Of a stretch of 49,946 nt of DNA, positions 20,085 through 28,814 are shown piece by piece. The notes under the pieces were generated by a model. The model saw only the letters and a list, made by a program, of their open reading frames with translations, did no database searches and had not been told where the DNA came from. How positions within the stretch are numbered: the first letter of the stretch is position 1; each line of letters starts with the position of its first letter. Made by a program: the position numbers and the translations under genes. The stretch comes from Thermodesulfobacteriota bacterium (GTDB lineage Bacteria; Desulfobacterota; BSN033; WVXP01; G020346125). Location of the stretch: NCBI GenBank assembly GCA_030145085.1, contig JAQYWG010000003.1, positions 1 through 49,946 of the forward strand, given 5' to 3'.

Positions 20085-21881
20085 TCATTTCTGATCATCC
20101 ATGGTGGTTCTCAACACTTCTTCAATGGTCGTCATGCCCTCGGCGATTTTTTCGATGCCGGCCCTCCTGAGGGTTTTCATCCCCAACCGTATTGCTTCCT
20201 TTTTAATCTCTAAGACAGAAGCCCTGGACAGGATGAGTTCTTTCAGGCCATCCCAAAGGGGCATTACCTCATAAAGGCCGATCCTCCCCTTATAACCGGT
20301 GTTGCTGCATATGGAGCATCCTTTCCCCTTATAAGCGGAAAAGCCGTTTATCTCATCCTGAGGGACACCCAGTCCCAAGAGCATTTTTGGGTTTACTTGG
20401 ATGGGTTCTCTGCATTCTGAGCAGACTTTCCTCGCCAACCTCTGAGCCAGGATCAGAAGGATGGATGAGGTGATGAGGAAAGGCTCAATCCCCATGTCGA
20501 TGAGCCTGGTGACGGTTCCGGGGGCATCGTTGGTGTGGACGGTGCTCATAACGAGATGGCCCGTGAGGGCGGATTGGATGGCAATCTGGGCCGTTTCGAA
20601 GTCTCGAATCTCCCCCACCATAATGATATCGGGGTCCTGTCGCAGGAATGAGCGTAACGACGAGGCGAAGGTGAGGCCAATTTCCTCGTGCATCTGTACT
20701 TGATTAATCCCCATAAAGTTGAACTCGATGGGGTCCTCGGCAGTGATGATATTGTCCTTCTCCTTATTCAATTCCGAGAGGGCGGAGTAGAGGGTAGTCG
20801 TTTTCCCGCTTCCCGTTGGTCCAGTTACCAACACCATGCCCACGGGTTTATAGATGGCCTCTTTAAATTGTCTAAGGGCATCTTCTTCAAAACCCAATTT
20901 GGTCATATCCAACTGGAGGGCTGATTTGTCGAGGAGACGAAGGACTACTTTTTCCCCGAAGAGGGTGGGCAGGACGGATACCCTGAAATCCATTTCCCGC
21001 TTTCCCAATCTCAACTTAATACGACCGTCCTGGGGGAGCCTCTTTTCGGCAATATCCAGTCTGGACATGATCTTCAATCGGGAGACGGTAGCATTCTTTA
21101 TCTGAATGGGCAGTCCCAATGCCTTCCTCATTACGCCGTCCACGCGGTACCGAACCCGGAATGTTCTCTCATAGGGTTCGAAGTGTATATCGCTCGCCCC
21201 TAATTTAATGGCGTTGATTAGAATCCCGTTGACCAGTTTGATGACCGGGGCGTCGATATCATCCGCTTTCATGTCAGCTTCATCGCTTCCTTCCACCACC
21301 TCCACCTTATCCACCGCTCCCGTGACGAGGGCGTCGAAATCGCCGACGTCGACCAAATCCGAATCATCGAATTCCTCAAGGGCGTTCATATCATCGTCTT
21401 CCAGGGTGTAATCCCTGGCATCGATGGAGACAGAGCCCTTTCCAGCGAGGCCTCCGCCGCCCCCATAATATTTCTTGATGCCATCGATGATATCGTAGTC
21501 GGAGGCCACCACGGGTTCCACATTGAAGCTCGTGATGAATTTAATTTCGTCGATGGCGAGGAAATTATTCGGATCCGCCATGGCTAAGGTCAGCTTCGCC
21601 CCCACCCTGCTGATGGGGATGATGAGATGTTTCTTTGCCATGCTGGCCGGAACCAATTCGACGGCTTTTTGATCCACTTGCATATTGGATATCCTGACCG
21701 ACGGGACTTTATAATATCTACTGAGAAGGGAGAGGAGGTCATCTTCCTTCACCATGCCCATCCTAACGAGGTTCGCCCCAAAGCTTCCTCCCTTTACTTT
21801 CTGCTCTTCCGTGGCTTTTTGGCACTGCTGGGACGTAATCAGGTTTCCCTTAATGGCTATCTCGCCTATTTTTTCGTTCAT
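20085..21881 (-). CDS. pilB: Type IV pilus assembly ATPase PilB (GspE family)
   Basis: 598 aa. N-terminal GspE-N repeats, Walker A GPTGSGKTTT, IMVGEIRD, GHLVMSTVHTNDA, tetracysteine CSEC..CSIC. Confidence 0.93.
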   Translation of the reverse strand: MNEKIGEIAIKGNLITSQQCQKATEEQKVKGGSFGANLVRMGMVKEDDLLSLLSRYYKVPSVRISNMQVDQKAVELVPASMAKKHLIIPISRVGAKLTLAMADPNNFLAIDEIKFITSFNVEPVVASDYDIIDGIKKYYGGGGGLAGKGSVSIDARDYTLEDDDMNALEEFDDSDLVDVGDFDALVTGAVDKVEVVEGSDEADMKADDIDAPVIKLVNGILINAIKLGASDIHFEPYERTFRVRYRVDGVMRKALGLPIQIKNATVSRLKIMSRLDIAEKRLPQDGRIKLRLGKREMDFRVSVLPTLFGEKVVLRLLDKSALQLDMTKLGFEEDALRQFKEAIYKPVGMVLVTGPTGSGKTTTLYSALSELNKEKDNIITAEDPIEFNFMGINQVQMHEEIGLTFASSLRSFLRQDPDIIMVGEIRDFETAQIAIQSALTGHLVMSTVHTNDAPGTVTRLIDMGIEPFLITSSILLILAQRLARKVCSECREPIQVNPKMLLGLGVPQDEINGFSAYKGKGCSICSNTGYKGRIGLYEVMPLWDGLKELILSRASVLEIKKEAIRLGMKTLRRAGIEKIAEGMTTIEEVLRTTMDDQK

Positions 21882-22382
21882 GATTCAACCCTGTAAGAAT
21901 GGAGTTTTATAGCGGCCTTAGTATTACAATGGCACGAAATAATAATGAAACTAAGAATAAAAATAAAAGGATGGGCAAAATTTGTCAAGAAAATTTGGTT
22001 CTTTCAACGTCAGGGGGGAAAAGAAGCAAAATAGATGCCAAAATTCGTCAGAGAGCTCAACCCTCGAAAACCCATTGAAATCATAATCAAATTTAAAAAA
22101 ACCGGAAATTCTAAGTAGATAGAAAGGCCTGTAAAGGGGTGAAAAAAGTGAATGAAAACCGATCAATTGTGACTTTTTTGCATATTTGCTTTACCAGGGG
22201 TTCTCCAAAGAGAACTTGATGAATCTCAAGAGATCAATTTTTTGTGAGAAAATCCAGGGGTAAATTGAATAGAGGGATAGTGCTTGTGGCGGGATTTGAA
22301 ACCGTGGAATAGGAGAATCTTGGATGAAATTGAAACAGTGATCGGATTTCGTCCAGATGTCTTAATGAATCCCTGGAAGGCA

Positions 22383-23855
22383 TTACCCTCTTTCCACCAC
22401 GACGAAAAAGGTATTTTCCTCCCTTTGAATCAACATGAGGATGTCGTTTTTCCCCTTCAATTTGGCCATGTGCCGTCTATATCCCTTCAAATCTTCAATG
22501 GGTTGACGGGCGATCTCCTTTATGATATCGCCCCTCCGGATACCCGCTTCATGGGCTGGACTGCCCGCCTTTACCTCTGACACCAAGACCCCGGCTTTTT
22601 CGGATATTCCCAAGTGCTTTGCAATCTCAGGGGTAAGTTCCTGGACGGTGAGCCCGAGTTCTTTTTCGGTGGTGAATTCCCCCGCCTTAGCAACTTTTTC
22701 CTCCTTCAGCTCTTCCACCTCAATCTTTAGTTTTTTCTCCCTCCCTTGCCTGATGATTTTCACCTCAACCTGCTTCCCAACGGGAGTATTGGCAACGATC
22801 CTCGGTAGTTCGCTCATCTTGTGGATTTTTTTGTGGTCGAATTCGATGATGATATCCTCTCGTTTTATCCCGGTTCTTTCCGCCGGGCTATCTTCGATTA
22901 CCCGGGCCACCAAAGCCCCCTCGGATTTCTCCAGTCCGAACTGTTTCGCCAACTCCGGCGTTACCTGCTGAATCATAACCCCTAACCATCCCCTGGTAAC
23001 CTCCCCTTTTTCCTTCAATTGGGGGAGGATCTGTTTGGCCATATTGATGGGGATGGCAAACCCGATTCCCTGGCCCCCTGCGATAATGGCGGTATTAATG
23101 CCAACAACTTCTCCCCTCATATTGATCAGGGGGCCGCCGCTATTTCCGGGGTTGATGGATGCATCCGTTTGAATAAAGTCATCGTATGGCCCTGAGCCGA
23201 TCACTCGACCCTTTGCACTAGCGATCCCAGCAGTAACAGTATGCTCCAGGCCGAAGGGATTCCCGATAGCGATCAGCCATTCTCCCACCTGCAGTTTGTC
23301 GGAATCGCCCATCGTTACTGGTTGAAGGGATTTGGTCGATTCAATTTTTATGAGAGCAATATCGGTCTTCGGATCTCGCCCCACAACCTCGGCATCGAAC
23401 TCCTGTTCGTCGGATAGTCGGACCTTGATCTTGTCCGCTTTCTCGATTACGTGGTTGTTGGTCAAGATATATCCCTCTTCATCTATGATGAATCCCGAAC
23501 CAAGGCTGTTCTGAGGAATTTCCCTGGGAGGCATTTCCCCGAAGAAGCGCTCGGAAAATTCGTCCCCGAAAAAATCCCGAAACGGGCTTCTCGGGGCAAA
23601 GGGGCCCCAGGAACCCCTCCCCTGATGTTTGACTAATTTGGTGGATCTGATATTGATCACCGAGGGCTTCATCTTTTTTGCCAAATCGGTAAAGGACCTA
23701 GGGCGTTCCGCCTCAACCGTGGCCTTCTCTTTTTTCCCTTTGAAGAGCTCAAGGGACCTGAGGTCTTTGTGGGTGCCAATGAAAGCCAATCCAAGGCCAA
23801 TGGCAATAAGGACGGAAAACGATTTTCTCCTCAAAGGTATCAGCCCCTTCATCAT
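22383..23855 (-). CDS. htrA: Periplasmic serine endoprotease HtrA/DegP/DegQ family (two PDZ domains)
   Basis: Signal peptide; catalytic His (TNNHV), Asp (DIALIKI), Ser (GNSGGPL); two PDZ-like segments. Confidence 0.93.
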   Translation of the reverse strand: MMKGLIPLRRKSFSVLIAIGLGLAFIGTHKDLRSLELFKGKKEKATVEAERPRSFTDLAKKMKPSVINIRSTKLVKHQGRGSWGPFAPRSPFRDFFGDEFSERFFGEMPPREIPQNSLGSGFIIDEEGYILTNNHVIEKADKIKVRLSDEQEFDAEVVGRDPKTDIALIKIESTKSLQPVTMGDSDKLQVGEWLIAIGNPFGLEHTVTAGIASAKGRVIGSGPYDDFIQTDASINPGNSGGPLINMRGEVVGINTAIIAGGQGIGFAIPINMAKQILPQLKEKGEVTRGWLGVMIQQVTPELAKQFGLEKSEGALVARVIEDSPAERTGIKREDIIIEFDHKKIHKMSELPRIVANTPVGKQVEVKIIRQGREKKLKIEVEELKEEKVAKAGEFTTEKELGLTVQELTPEIAKHLGISEKAGVLVSEVKAGSPAHEAGIRRGDIIKEIARQPIEDLKGYRRHMAKLKGKNDILMLIQREENTFFVVVERG

Positions 23856-24139
23856 CCCCCTTCCCCTTGTCCGGTATACCCTTGGCCTCCATGGAGGCGT
23901 CGCTTGGACGGATTGAGATAGGGATCATTCTGCTCCTTCATTTTTCCCAACAGATACTCGCTTTTGCTGATTTCCTTGATCAACTTAACTCCCTTTCCGC
24001 TCTCCTTTTTCTTTGCCCTGGGAATATGAAATGCCCAATTGAGGACAGCTACAATATCCCTCCCTCTCAAATACTTGACGATATCGTAACTCTTGCCGGC
24101 CCCCAAATGTCCCCCCTCCAAGATCAGTTTAAAGAACAT
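23852..24139 (-). CDS. Small hypothetical protein, translationally coupled to htrA
   Basis: ORF 23852-24172. The internal ATG at 24139 is preceded by GGAGGGAGGGAGGAG. The stop overlaps the htrA start by 4 nt (ATGA). I recognise no family. The opposite-strand ORF 23867-24169 is judged spurious. Confidence 0.5.
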   Translation of the reverse strand: MFFKLILEGGHLGAGKSYDIVKYLRGRDIVAVLNWAFHIPRAKKKESGKGVKLIKEISKSEYLLGKMKEQNDPYLNPSKRRLHGGQGYTGQGEGG

Positions 24140-24229
24140 CTCCTCCCTCCCTCCGGTCTTCATCGATGACATACTAGATAATTATACAGAGGGAAGATTA
24201 AGAGGGGATTAAAACGAAATTAAAATCCT

Positions 24230-25696
24230 CTAATCTTGTGAAGGGGATTTCCTCGATGGGTTGGTTTTACTTCTGGTCGTTCCCCCATGGGGAGGGGCTA
24301 GTGGAAGAGTAACCGTAAATATGCTCCCCTTGCCAATCTCGCTGTCGACGGAGATTTCGCCGCCGTGGGCCTCTACAATCCACTTACATATGCTCAGGCC
24401 CAAACCGCTTCCCCCGGCCTCCCTCGACCTGGCCTTATCTACCCGGAAAAAGCGGTCAAAGATATGAGGTTGATCCTCGGGGGAGATCCCGATTCCATTA
24501 TCCATAACCTGAAGTTTAAATCTACTATCGTTCCTCTCAAGGGAGATTCTCATCTCACCACCTTCGGGGGTGTATTTAACCCCGTTATCCACCAAATTCA
24601 GGAGCAGCGCCCTCAACTTGAGCCGATCCCCAATCACCACGCCATCCACATCGTTGCTCATATGTACGTTAATATCCTTGGTCGTGGCGATCATTTTCGC
24701 CTGGGCGTAGACTTCGGATACCAATTTTGTTAGGTTGATGCGGTGCCTTTGAAGATGAACTTCCCCCGTATCTGCCTTGGAGAGGAAGAGCAGATCATCG
24801 ACGATTTGGGACATGTGGTTGACCTCTTCCAGGTTACTGTTCATTATCTTCCGGTATTCCTCGGGGTACCTCCTTCTCCTCAAACCCACTTCTATTTCTC
24901 CCTTGAGGATGGTTAAGGGGGTCCTCAATTCATGGGAGGCATCGGCGGTAAACTGCCGGATTTGATTAAAAGATCGGCCCAACCTGGATATCATATCATT
25001 GAAGGTTTCGGCCAATCGTCCGATTTCATCTTTGGTCTTTCTCAGTTTGATCCTTTGGTTCAAGCTCCTTGAAGTGATCATCCGGGCTGTTTTTGTGATT
25101 TCATCGACGGGCTTCAGTGCCTTGTTGGCCAAGAATAGTCCTCCTAAACTGGCAACAACCAGCGCTGAGGGAACGGTAATCCACAAAATGAGCAATAAGG
25201 TCTTGAGGACCTCCTCCACCGCTTCCAATGAAGTCGCTACCTGAACGATATTGACGATATGTCGGCGTCGAATGACGGGTACGGTGACCATTCTGAGGGG
25301 GTATTCCCCCAAGGCCTTTGTGGTTTCGAAGGTGACCTTTCCCTGGGATGCATTCTTGAGGGTACGCATGGAGATGGGTAATTGAAACTGTTGGAGGTTC
25401 TCCGATTTCCTTCCGATCCTTCCCGACTCATCCAAAACTTGGATAAATTTCGTTACCGGTTTCAAGCCTAAGGAATCTTTCCACATCCGATCAATATTAC
25501 TGAAACTGTATTGGGAATAAGGGTCAGTAGAGGAAGAACCGATCACTTCGGCAATGGATTGAATCTTAGTATCGATACCCTTGTATAGGCTTCTCGAAAG
25601 GGTAAGGTAGAGAAATGTGCTGAAGGAAGTCAGTATGATTCCCAGTATGATTATATACCAGAGGGTCAGTTTAAACCGGATATTCCTAAAAATCAT
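24230..25696 (-). CDS. Sensor histidine kinase, heavy-metal-sensor (CusS/CopS-like) type
   Basis: Two TM helices flanking a periplasmic loop, HAMP, H-box [12 protein letters not shown] box [14 protein letters not shown] boxes DNGIGI and GGSGLGLSI. Start overlaps the response-regulator stop (ATGA). Confidence 0.9.
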   Translation of the reverse strand: MIFRNIRFKLTLWYIIILGIILTSFSTFLYLTLSRSLYKGIDTKIQSIAEVIGSSSTDPYSQYSFSNIDRMWKDSLGLKPVTKFIQVLDESGRIGRKSENLQQFQLPISMRTLKNASQGKVTFETTKALGEYPLRMVTVPVIRRRHIVNIVQVATSLEAVEEVLKTLLLILWITVPSALVVASLGGLFLANKALKPVDEITKTARMITSRSLNQRIKLRKTKDEIGRLAETFNDMISRLGRSFNQIRQFTADASHELRTPLTILKGEIEVGLRRRRYPEEYRKIMNSNLEEVNHMSQIVDDLLFLSKADTGEVHLQRHRINLTKLVSEVYAQAKMIATTKDINVHMSNDVDGVVIGDRLKLRALLLNLVDNGVKYTPEGGEMRISLERNDSRFKLQVMDNGIGISPEDQPHIFDRFFRVDKARSREAGGSGLGLSICKWIVEAHGGEISVDSEIGKGSIFTVTLPLAPPHGGTTRSKTNPSRKSPSQD

Positions 25697-26367
25697 GGTT
25701 CACCCCTCATCATATAGCCGGAACCCCTAATGGTGTGGATCAGCTTCTTTTCAAATCCTTGGTCGATTTTCTTGCGAAGATAGTTTACATAAACATCGAT
25801 CACATTGGTTTCGGGATCAAAATGGTAATCCCAGACGTGTTCGGTGATGAGGGTTCTTGTCAATATACGATTGGGATTTCTCATGAAATACTCAAGGAGG
25901 GCATATTCCTTCGGCGTCAATTCGATTTCCCTTTCCCCCCTTTTCACCCTATGGGTGGATGTCGACAGGCTCAGGTCACCGACCGTGAGGATATCTGTTT
26001 TCTCCCTCGCCTTCCTTCGAAGCAGGGACCTTACCCTCGCCACCAGTTCGGCAAAGGAAAAAGGTTTGGTCAGGTAATCATCTGACCCGCCATCCAACCC
26101 ACTGACGATATCCTCTACCGAATCCTTGGCAGTGAGCATGAGGATAGGCATATTCGATCCGTTGCGGCGGATCTGCCTCAAGACCTCCATGCCATCTAAT
26201 CTGGGGAGCATTATATCAAGAAGGATCAGATCATACTCGTTGATCTGGGCCAAGGCGAGACCTTCTTCACCATCATAGGCGATATCGACGGCGTAGTGCT
26301 CTTCCTCAAGGCCCTTCTTGATAAAACTGGCAACCTTCTTTTCGTCTTCGACAACGAGGATTCGCAT
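25693..26367 (-). CDS. OmpR-family response regulator (CusR/CopR-like)
   Basis: [12 protein letters not shown].., phospho-acceptor context [27 protein letters not shown], winged-helix C-terminus. Confidence 0.93.
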   Translation of the reverse strand: MRILVVEDEKKVASFIKKGLEEEHYAVDIAYDGEEGLALAQINEYDLILLDIMLPRLDGMEVLRQIRRNGSNMPILMLTAKDSVEDIVSGLDGGSDDYLTKPFSFAELVARVRSLLRRKAREKTDILTVGDLSLSTSTHRVKRGEREIELTPKEYALLEYFMRNPNRILTRTLITEHVWDYHFDPETNVIDVYVNYLRKKIDQGFEKKLIHTIRGSGYMMRGEP

Positions 26368-26467
26368 CGATTCTGTAATCTCAATTATAGACTATGATGA
26401 TTAGAGCAAGATTAAATCACCATTAAAATATTCTCATCTGGTTTACAGGTCGGCACCTGGAGTTACC

Positions 26468-26495
26468 ATTATATTTCCTCCGTTCAAAAAAGCAA
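26468..26495 (-). promoter_or_regulatory. Candidate sigma70 promoter for the RR-HK-small ORF-htrA operon
   Basis: On the minus strand: TTGCTT (26495-26490), 16 nt, perfect TATAAT (26473-26468). About 100 nt upstream of the RR start. Confidence 0.35.
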
Positions 26496-26569
26496 GGCAA
26501 AATTGGGAGCCCACTCCATTCAATCCTTTTCACTTTTTCTGGGTCTCGCTTCGAGGAAACTTACAGGTA

Positions 26570-27187
26570 TCAGATCAGTTTTGAAAAAAATCTGTCCGCT
26601 AAAATTCCTGCCACGGGGGGAAAGAAGAAGGTACATGCGAGTCTGATAAGCGTTAATTTCCAGCCCAAGATGCCCACTTCCATCGGCAATCGGCCTACTG
26701 CCCATAATGACCAGCCAGTCAAAAATGCCACCATCGTTCCCACACTGGCCCCTGCTCGCAGGAGGCCTGCCACGATAGGGAGGCTTACATAGGGACCCCC
26801 AGGGGAAAAACCGCCAGCTATGGTGCCGATCATGATGCCCCGTATACCCGATTCCACTCCTACCCATTTGGCCAAAATATCATGGGGAATGAGAACCTGG
26901 GCCATGCCCGCAACCGTGAAAGCACATACCAAAAGGGGGAGGATTTGGATCGTCATATTCCCTGCTGTTCTCAGTCCAATAATATGCTGCCCTCCTCCCC
27001 TGAGGTAACCGATCACGATTAAGATACCGGCAATGAGCCCCATCGTTATTGTTGGAAATAACATTTTGAAGTCCCTTCTTTTCTGTTCCGTTGGCGTCCT
27101 GGGCGATCCTCCTTCAGCTCCATAACTCCCTTGGGAACCGCCTCGATTCTTAACGAGAGAGGTTTTTTGTGCTGCCATGTTATCCAT
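26570..27187 (-). CDS. Half-size predicted permease (DUF318/UPF0718-like); start uncertain (ATG 27187 or 27064)
   Basis: About 160 aa hydrophobic core with 4-5 TM helices (GIMIGTIAGGFSPGGPYVSLPIVAGLLRAGASVGTMVAFLTGW). The N-terminal 41 aa of the long ORF are hydrophilic and low-complexity. Confidence 0.6.
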   Translation of the reverse strand: MDNMAAQKTSLVKNRGGSQGSYGAEGGSPRTPTEQKRRDFKMLFPTITMGLIAGILIVIGYLRGGGQHIIGLRTAGNMTIQILPLLVCAFTVAGMAQVLIPHDILAKWVGVESGIRGIMIGTIAGGFSPGGPYVSLPIVAGLLRAGASVGTMVAFLTGWSLWAVGRLPMEVGILGWKLTLIRLACTFFFPPVAGILADRFFSKLI

Positions 27188-27663
27188 TCGCCTTGTTGAA
27201 TACCCTCAATATCTTTGGAAATTCATTGAGATCCCGCTTGGAGTCCGATTCAATCTTGAGGGTGAAATGATACAATGTAAAGCGTTACCGAAAATGAAAG
27301 AGAAGATTTCTTATGATATCAGAGGCCAACCGTATTCACAAGAAAAATTGGTAATCTCCATGGCAGAAAGTCCTTGTTCCTTCTCTTTAGCGGTCCCGTA
27401 GTGACCTTTTTCCGTCGCTGGCGGCCCAGGCGGGGAATACTTACCCTCCCAGCCGAGTTTGGTTGCTGCCGTTATGCGGTCGGAAGGAAGCAGGGATGAG
27501 GGTGGAGGTGAGAGGCAGGAGGAGGGGCAGGCAGTAAGCAATAGGCAGGGGAAGGAATAAGTGTGTTTTGGATTGCTTATTCTCTATGACCCTTGTTACT
27601 CAGATTACGGTCATGGAAAAGGGTGTTCTCCAGAAACTGGGGAAACTTCAGAGGGTAGTGTTC

Positions 27664-27693
27664 TTGACAGTGCGTTTATTAGTCTGTTAGAAT
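27664..27693 (+). promoter_or_regulatory. Strong candidate sigma70 promoter (TTGACA-18-TAGAAT, TGn extended -10) upstream of the C-N hydrolase/argS genes
   Basis: TTGACA 27664-27669; TG 27685-27686; TAGAAT 27688-27693. Bracketed by a perfect 9-bp inverted repeat, gttcttgac (27660-27668) and gtcaagaac (27699-27707). Confidence 0.55.
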
Positions 27694-27724
27694 TTCCGGT
27701 CAAGAACAGTTTGTGGAGATTTCT

Positions 27725-27866
27725 GGAAAAGTTACTCTTCGCTGCCCAAAATATTTTTTCGACCATTCTAAGATTTGCTCAACCGCAAGACTGCAGCACT
27801 GCAACACCGCAGAACCGTAACTCGCTCAGAACTCCTTTTCCGAGTTTTTTCAGAGCTCTCTTAATG
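27725..27866. repeat. Intergenic repeat family, copy 3 (long form)
   Basis: Aligns with 34232-34377 over about 140 nt, including a 41-nt identical block, gctcaaccgcaagactgcagcactgcaacaccgcagaaccg. Confidence 0.85.
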
Positions 27867-27911
27867 AATGCTAAAAGCTGGTGATGGTAATACAATGGGG
27901 GGATATGGAAG

Positions 27912-28814
27912 ATGCTGAGGATTTGTGGGATCCAGATGGCCTGCGTTGAGAACAAGGAGAAGAACCTTAAAAAAGCGGTGCAACTGGCTGAACTGGCTTC
28001 CGAGAAAGGGGCAAAGATTATCGGTTTCCAAGAGCTCTTTAACACCCATTGGTTCCCGAGGGACATCGACCGGAGGAATTTCAGTCTCGCAGAGACCATA
28101 GACGGGAAGTCCATCCAAACGATGCGTAAAGTGGCCAAGGAGAAATCAGCGGTTCTCATTTGCCCTCTATTCGAGGAGGGAATCGAAGGGGTCTATTACA
28201 ACACGGCGGTGGTTATTAACGCTGATGGCAAGGTGCTGGGGTGGTATAGAAAGGTTCACATTCCCCAGATTCCCCTTTGGGAAGAGAAATCCTATTTTTC
28301 ACCGGGAGATACCGGATTTCCCGTCTTCCATACCAAATATGGCAAGATAGGCGTTCAAATTTGTTGGGATAATTTCTTCCCCGAAGGAACGAGAATACTG
28401 GCCCTCAAGGGTGCCCAGGTTGTTTTCGCCCCTACTGCTGCCGCCTTTGCCTCGCAACAGAAATGGGAAACCGTCATGAGGGCTAATGCTATTACCAATG
28501 GCCTCTTCATCTTTCGGGTAAATCGGGTTGGAAGCGAAAAAAAACAGGATTTCTATGGGAAAAGTTTTTGCGTGACGCCGGAGGGTGAGCTTATCGATAA
28601 ACCCAGCGGGATGCAAGAGGGGATCGTTTTTGCCAATATCGATTTCAAGGATATCGGCATGACCAGAAGGGAGTGGACCTTTCTAAGGGACAGACGCCCT
28701 GAGGTCTACTGGGAAATTGCCGGTTTGAGTCGGCAAAGGGAACGGAGGGTAGCTGGAGAAGCTCTCAGACCACGGGAGAGAAAGGGAGCCGCGAGAAAGA
28801 GCAAGGCGAGATGA
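27912..28814 (+). CDS. Carbon-nitrogen hydrolase (nitrilase superfamily)
   Basis: Glu-Lys-Cys triad contexts FQELF, YRKVHIP, VQICWD. Arg/Lys-rich C-terminal tail. Stop overlaps the argS ATG (ATGA). Confidence 0.9.
   Translation: MLRICGIQMACVENKEKNLKKAVQLAELASEKGAKIIGFQELFNTHWFPRDIDRRNFSLAETIDGKSIQTMRKVAKEKSAVLICPLFEEGIEGVYYNTAVVINADGKVLGWYRKVHIPQIPLWEEKSYFSPGDTGFPVFHTKYGKIGVQICWDNFFPEGTRILALKGAQVVFAPTAAAFASQQKWETVMRANAITNGLFIFRVNRVGSEKKQDFYGKSFCVTPEGELIDKPSGMQEGIVFANIDFKDIGMTRREWTFLRDRRPEVYWEIAGLSRQRERRVAGEALRPRERKGAARKSKAR

Noticed and set aside
20085-21881. The PilB N-terminus as an MshEN-type c-di-GMP binding site.
   Set aside because: The first repeat (KIGEIAIKGNLITSQQCQKATEEQ) misses several defined positions (Gly10, Leu17, Leu21), and the second lacks the Arg and Gln. 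This is too degenerate to claim from sequence alone.
21930-22079. TGGCAC at 21931, a possible sigma-54 -24 element, and a 49-codon very basic ORF starting at ATG 21930 in the pilB-htrA spacer.
   Set aside because: There is no TTGC/GC -12 element at the required spacing, and the site points away from pilB. The ORF has no Shine-Dalgarno sequence and is Asn/Lys low-complexity in an AT-rich spacer.
27262-27375. GAAAGTCC (27366) and GGGTGAAA (27260) look like RNase P RNA conserved blocks.
   Set aside because: On the plus strand they occur in the wrong order, and the other conserved regions and helices are not evident.
27478-27505. GGTCGGAAGGAAGCAG resembles the SRP (4.5S) RNA domain IV core GGUCCGGAAGGAAGCAG, and GAGGGTGG nearby resembles part of the T-box motif.
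   Set aside because: The motif lies in a low-complexity purine tract. The flanks cannot form the symmetric closing helices of SRP RNA: about 32 nt on the 5' side against about 18 nt on the 3' side when I tried to pair them. The T-box continuation (UACCGCG) is absent, and the site lies upstream of the promoter. An Rfam scan would settle it.
27561-27884. ORFs 27561-27884 and 34136-34384 share a conserved peptide-like stretch (NIFSTILR.AQPQDCSTATPQNRNSLR..F.SFFR.L).
   Set aside because: The similarity is confined to the DNA repeat. The N-termini are unrelated, and one runs antisense over the ribF start. There is no shared start codon or Shine-Dalgarno sequence, and the repeat core has an 8-nt period. 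The two compensating 1-nt indels that keep the frame are noted, but they are insufficient evidence for coding.
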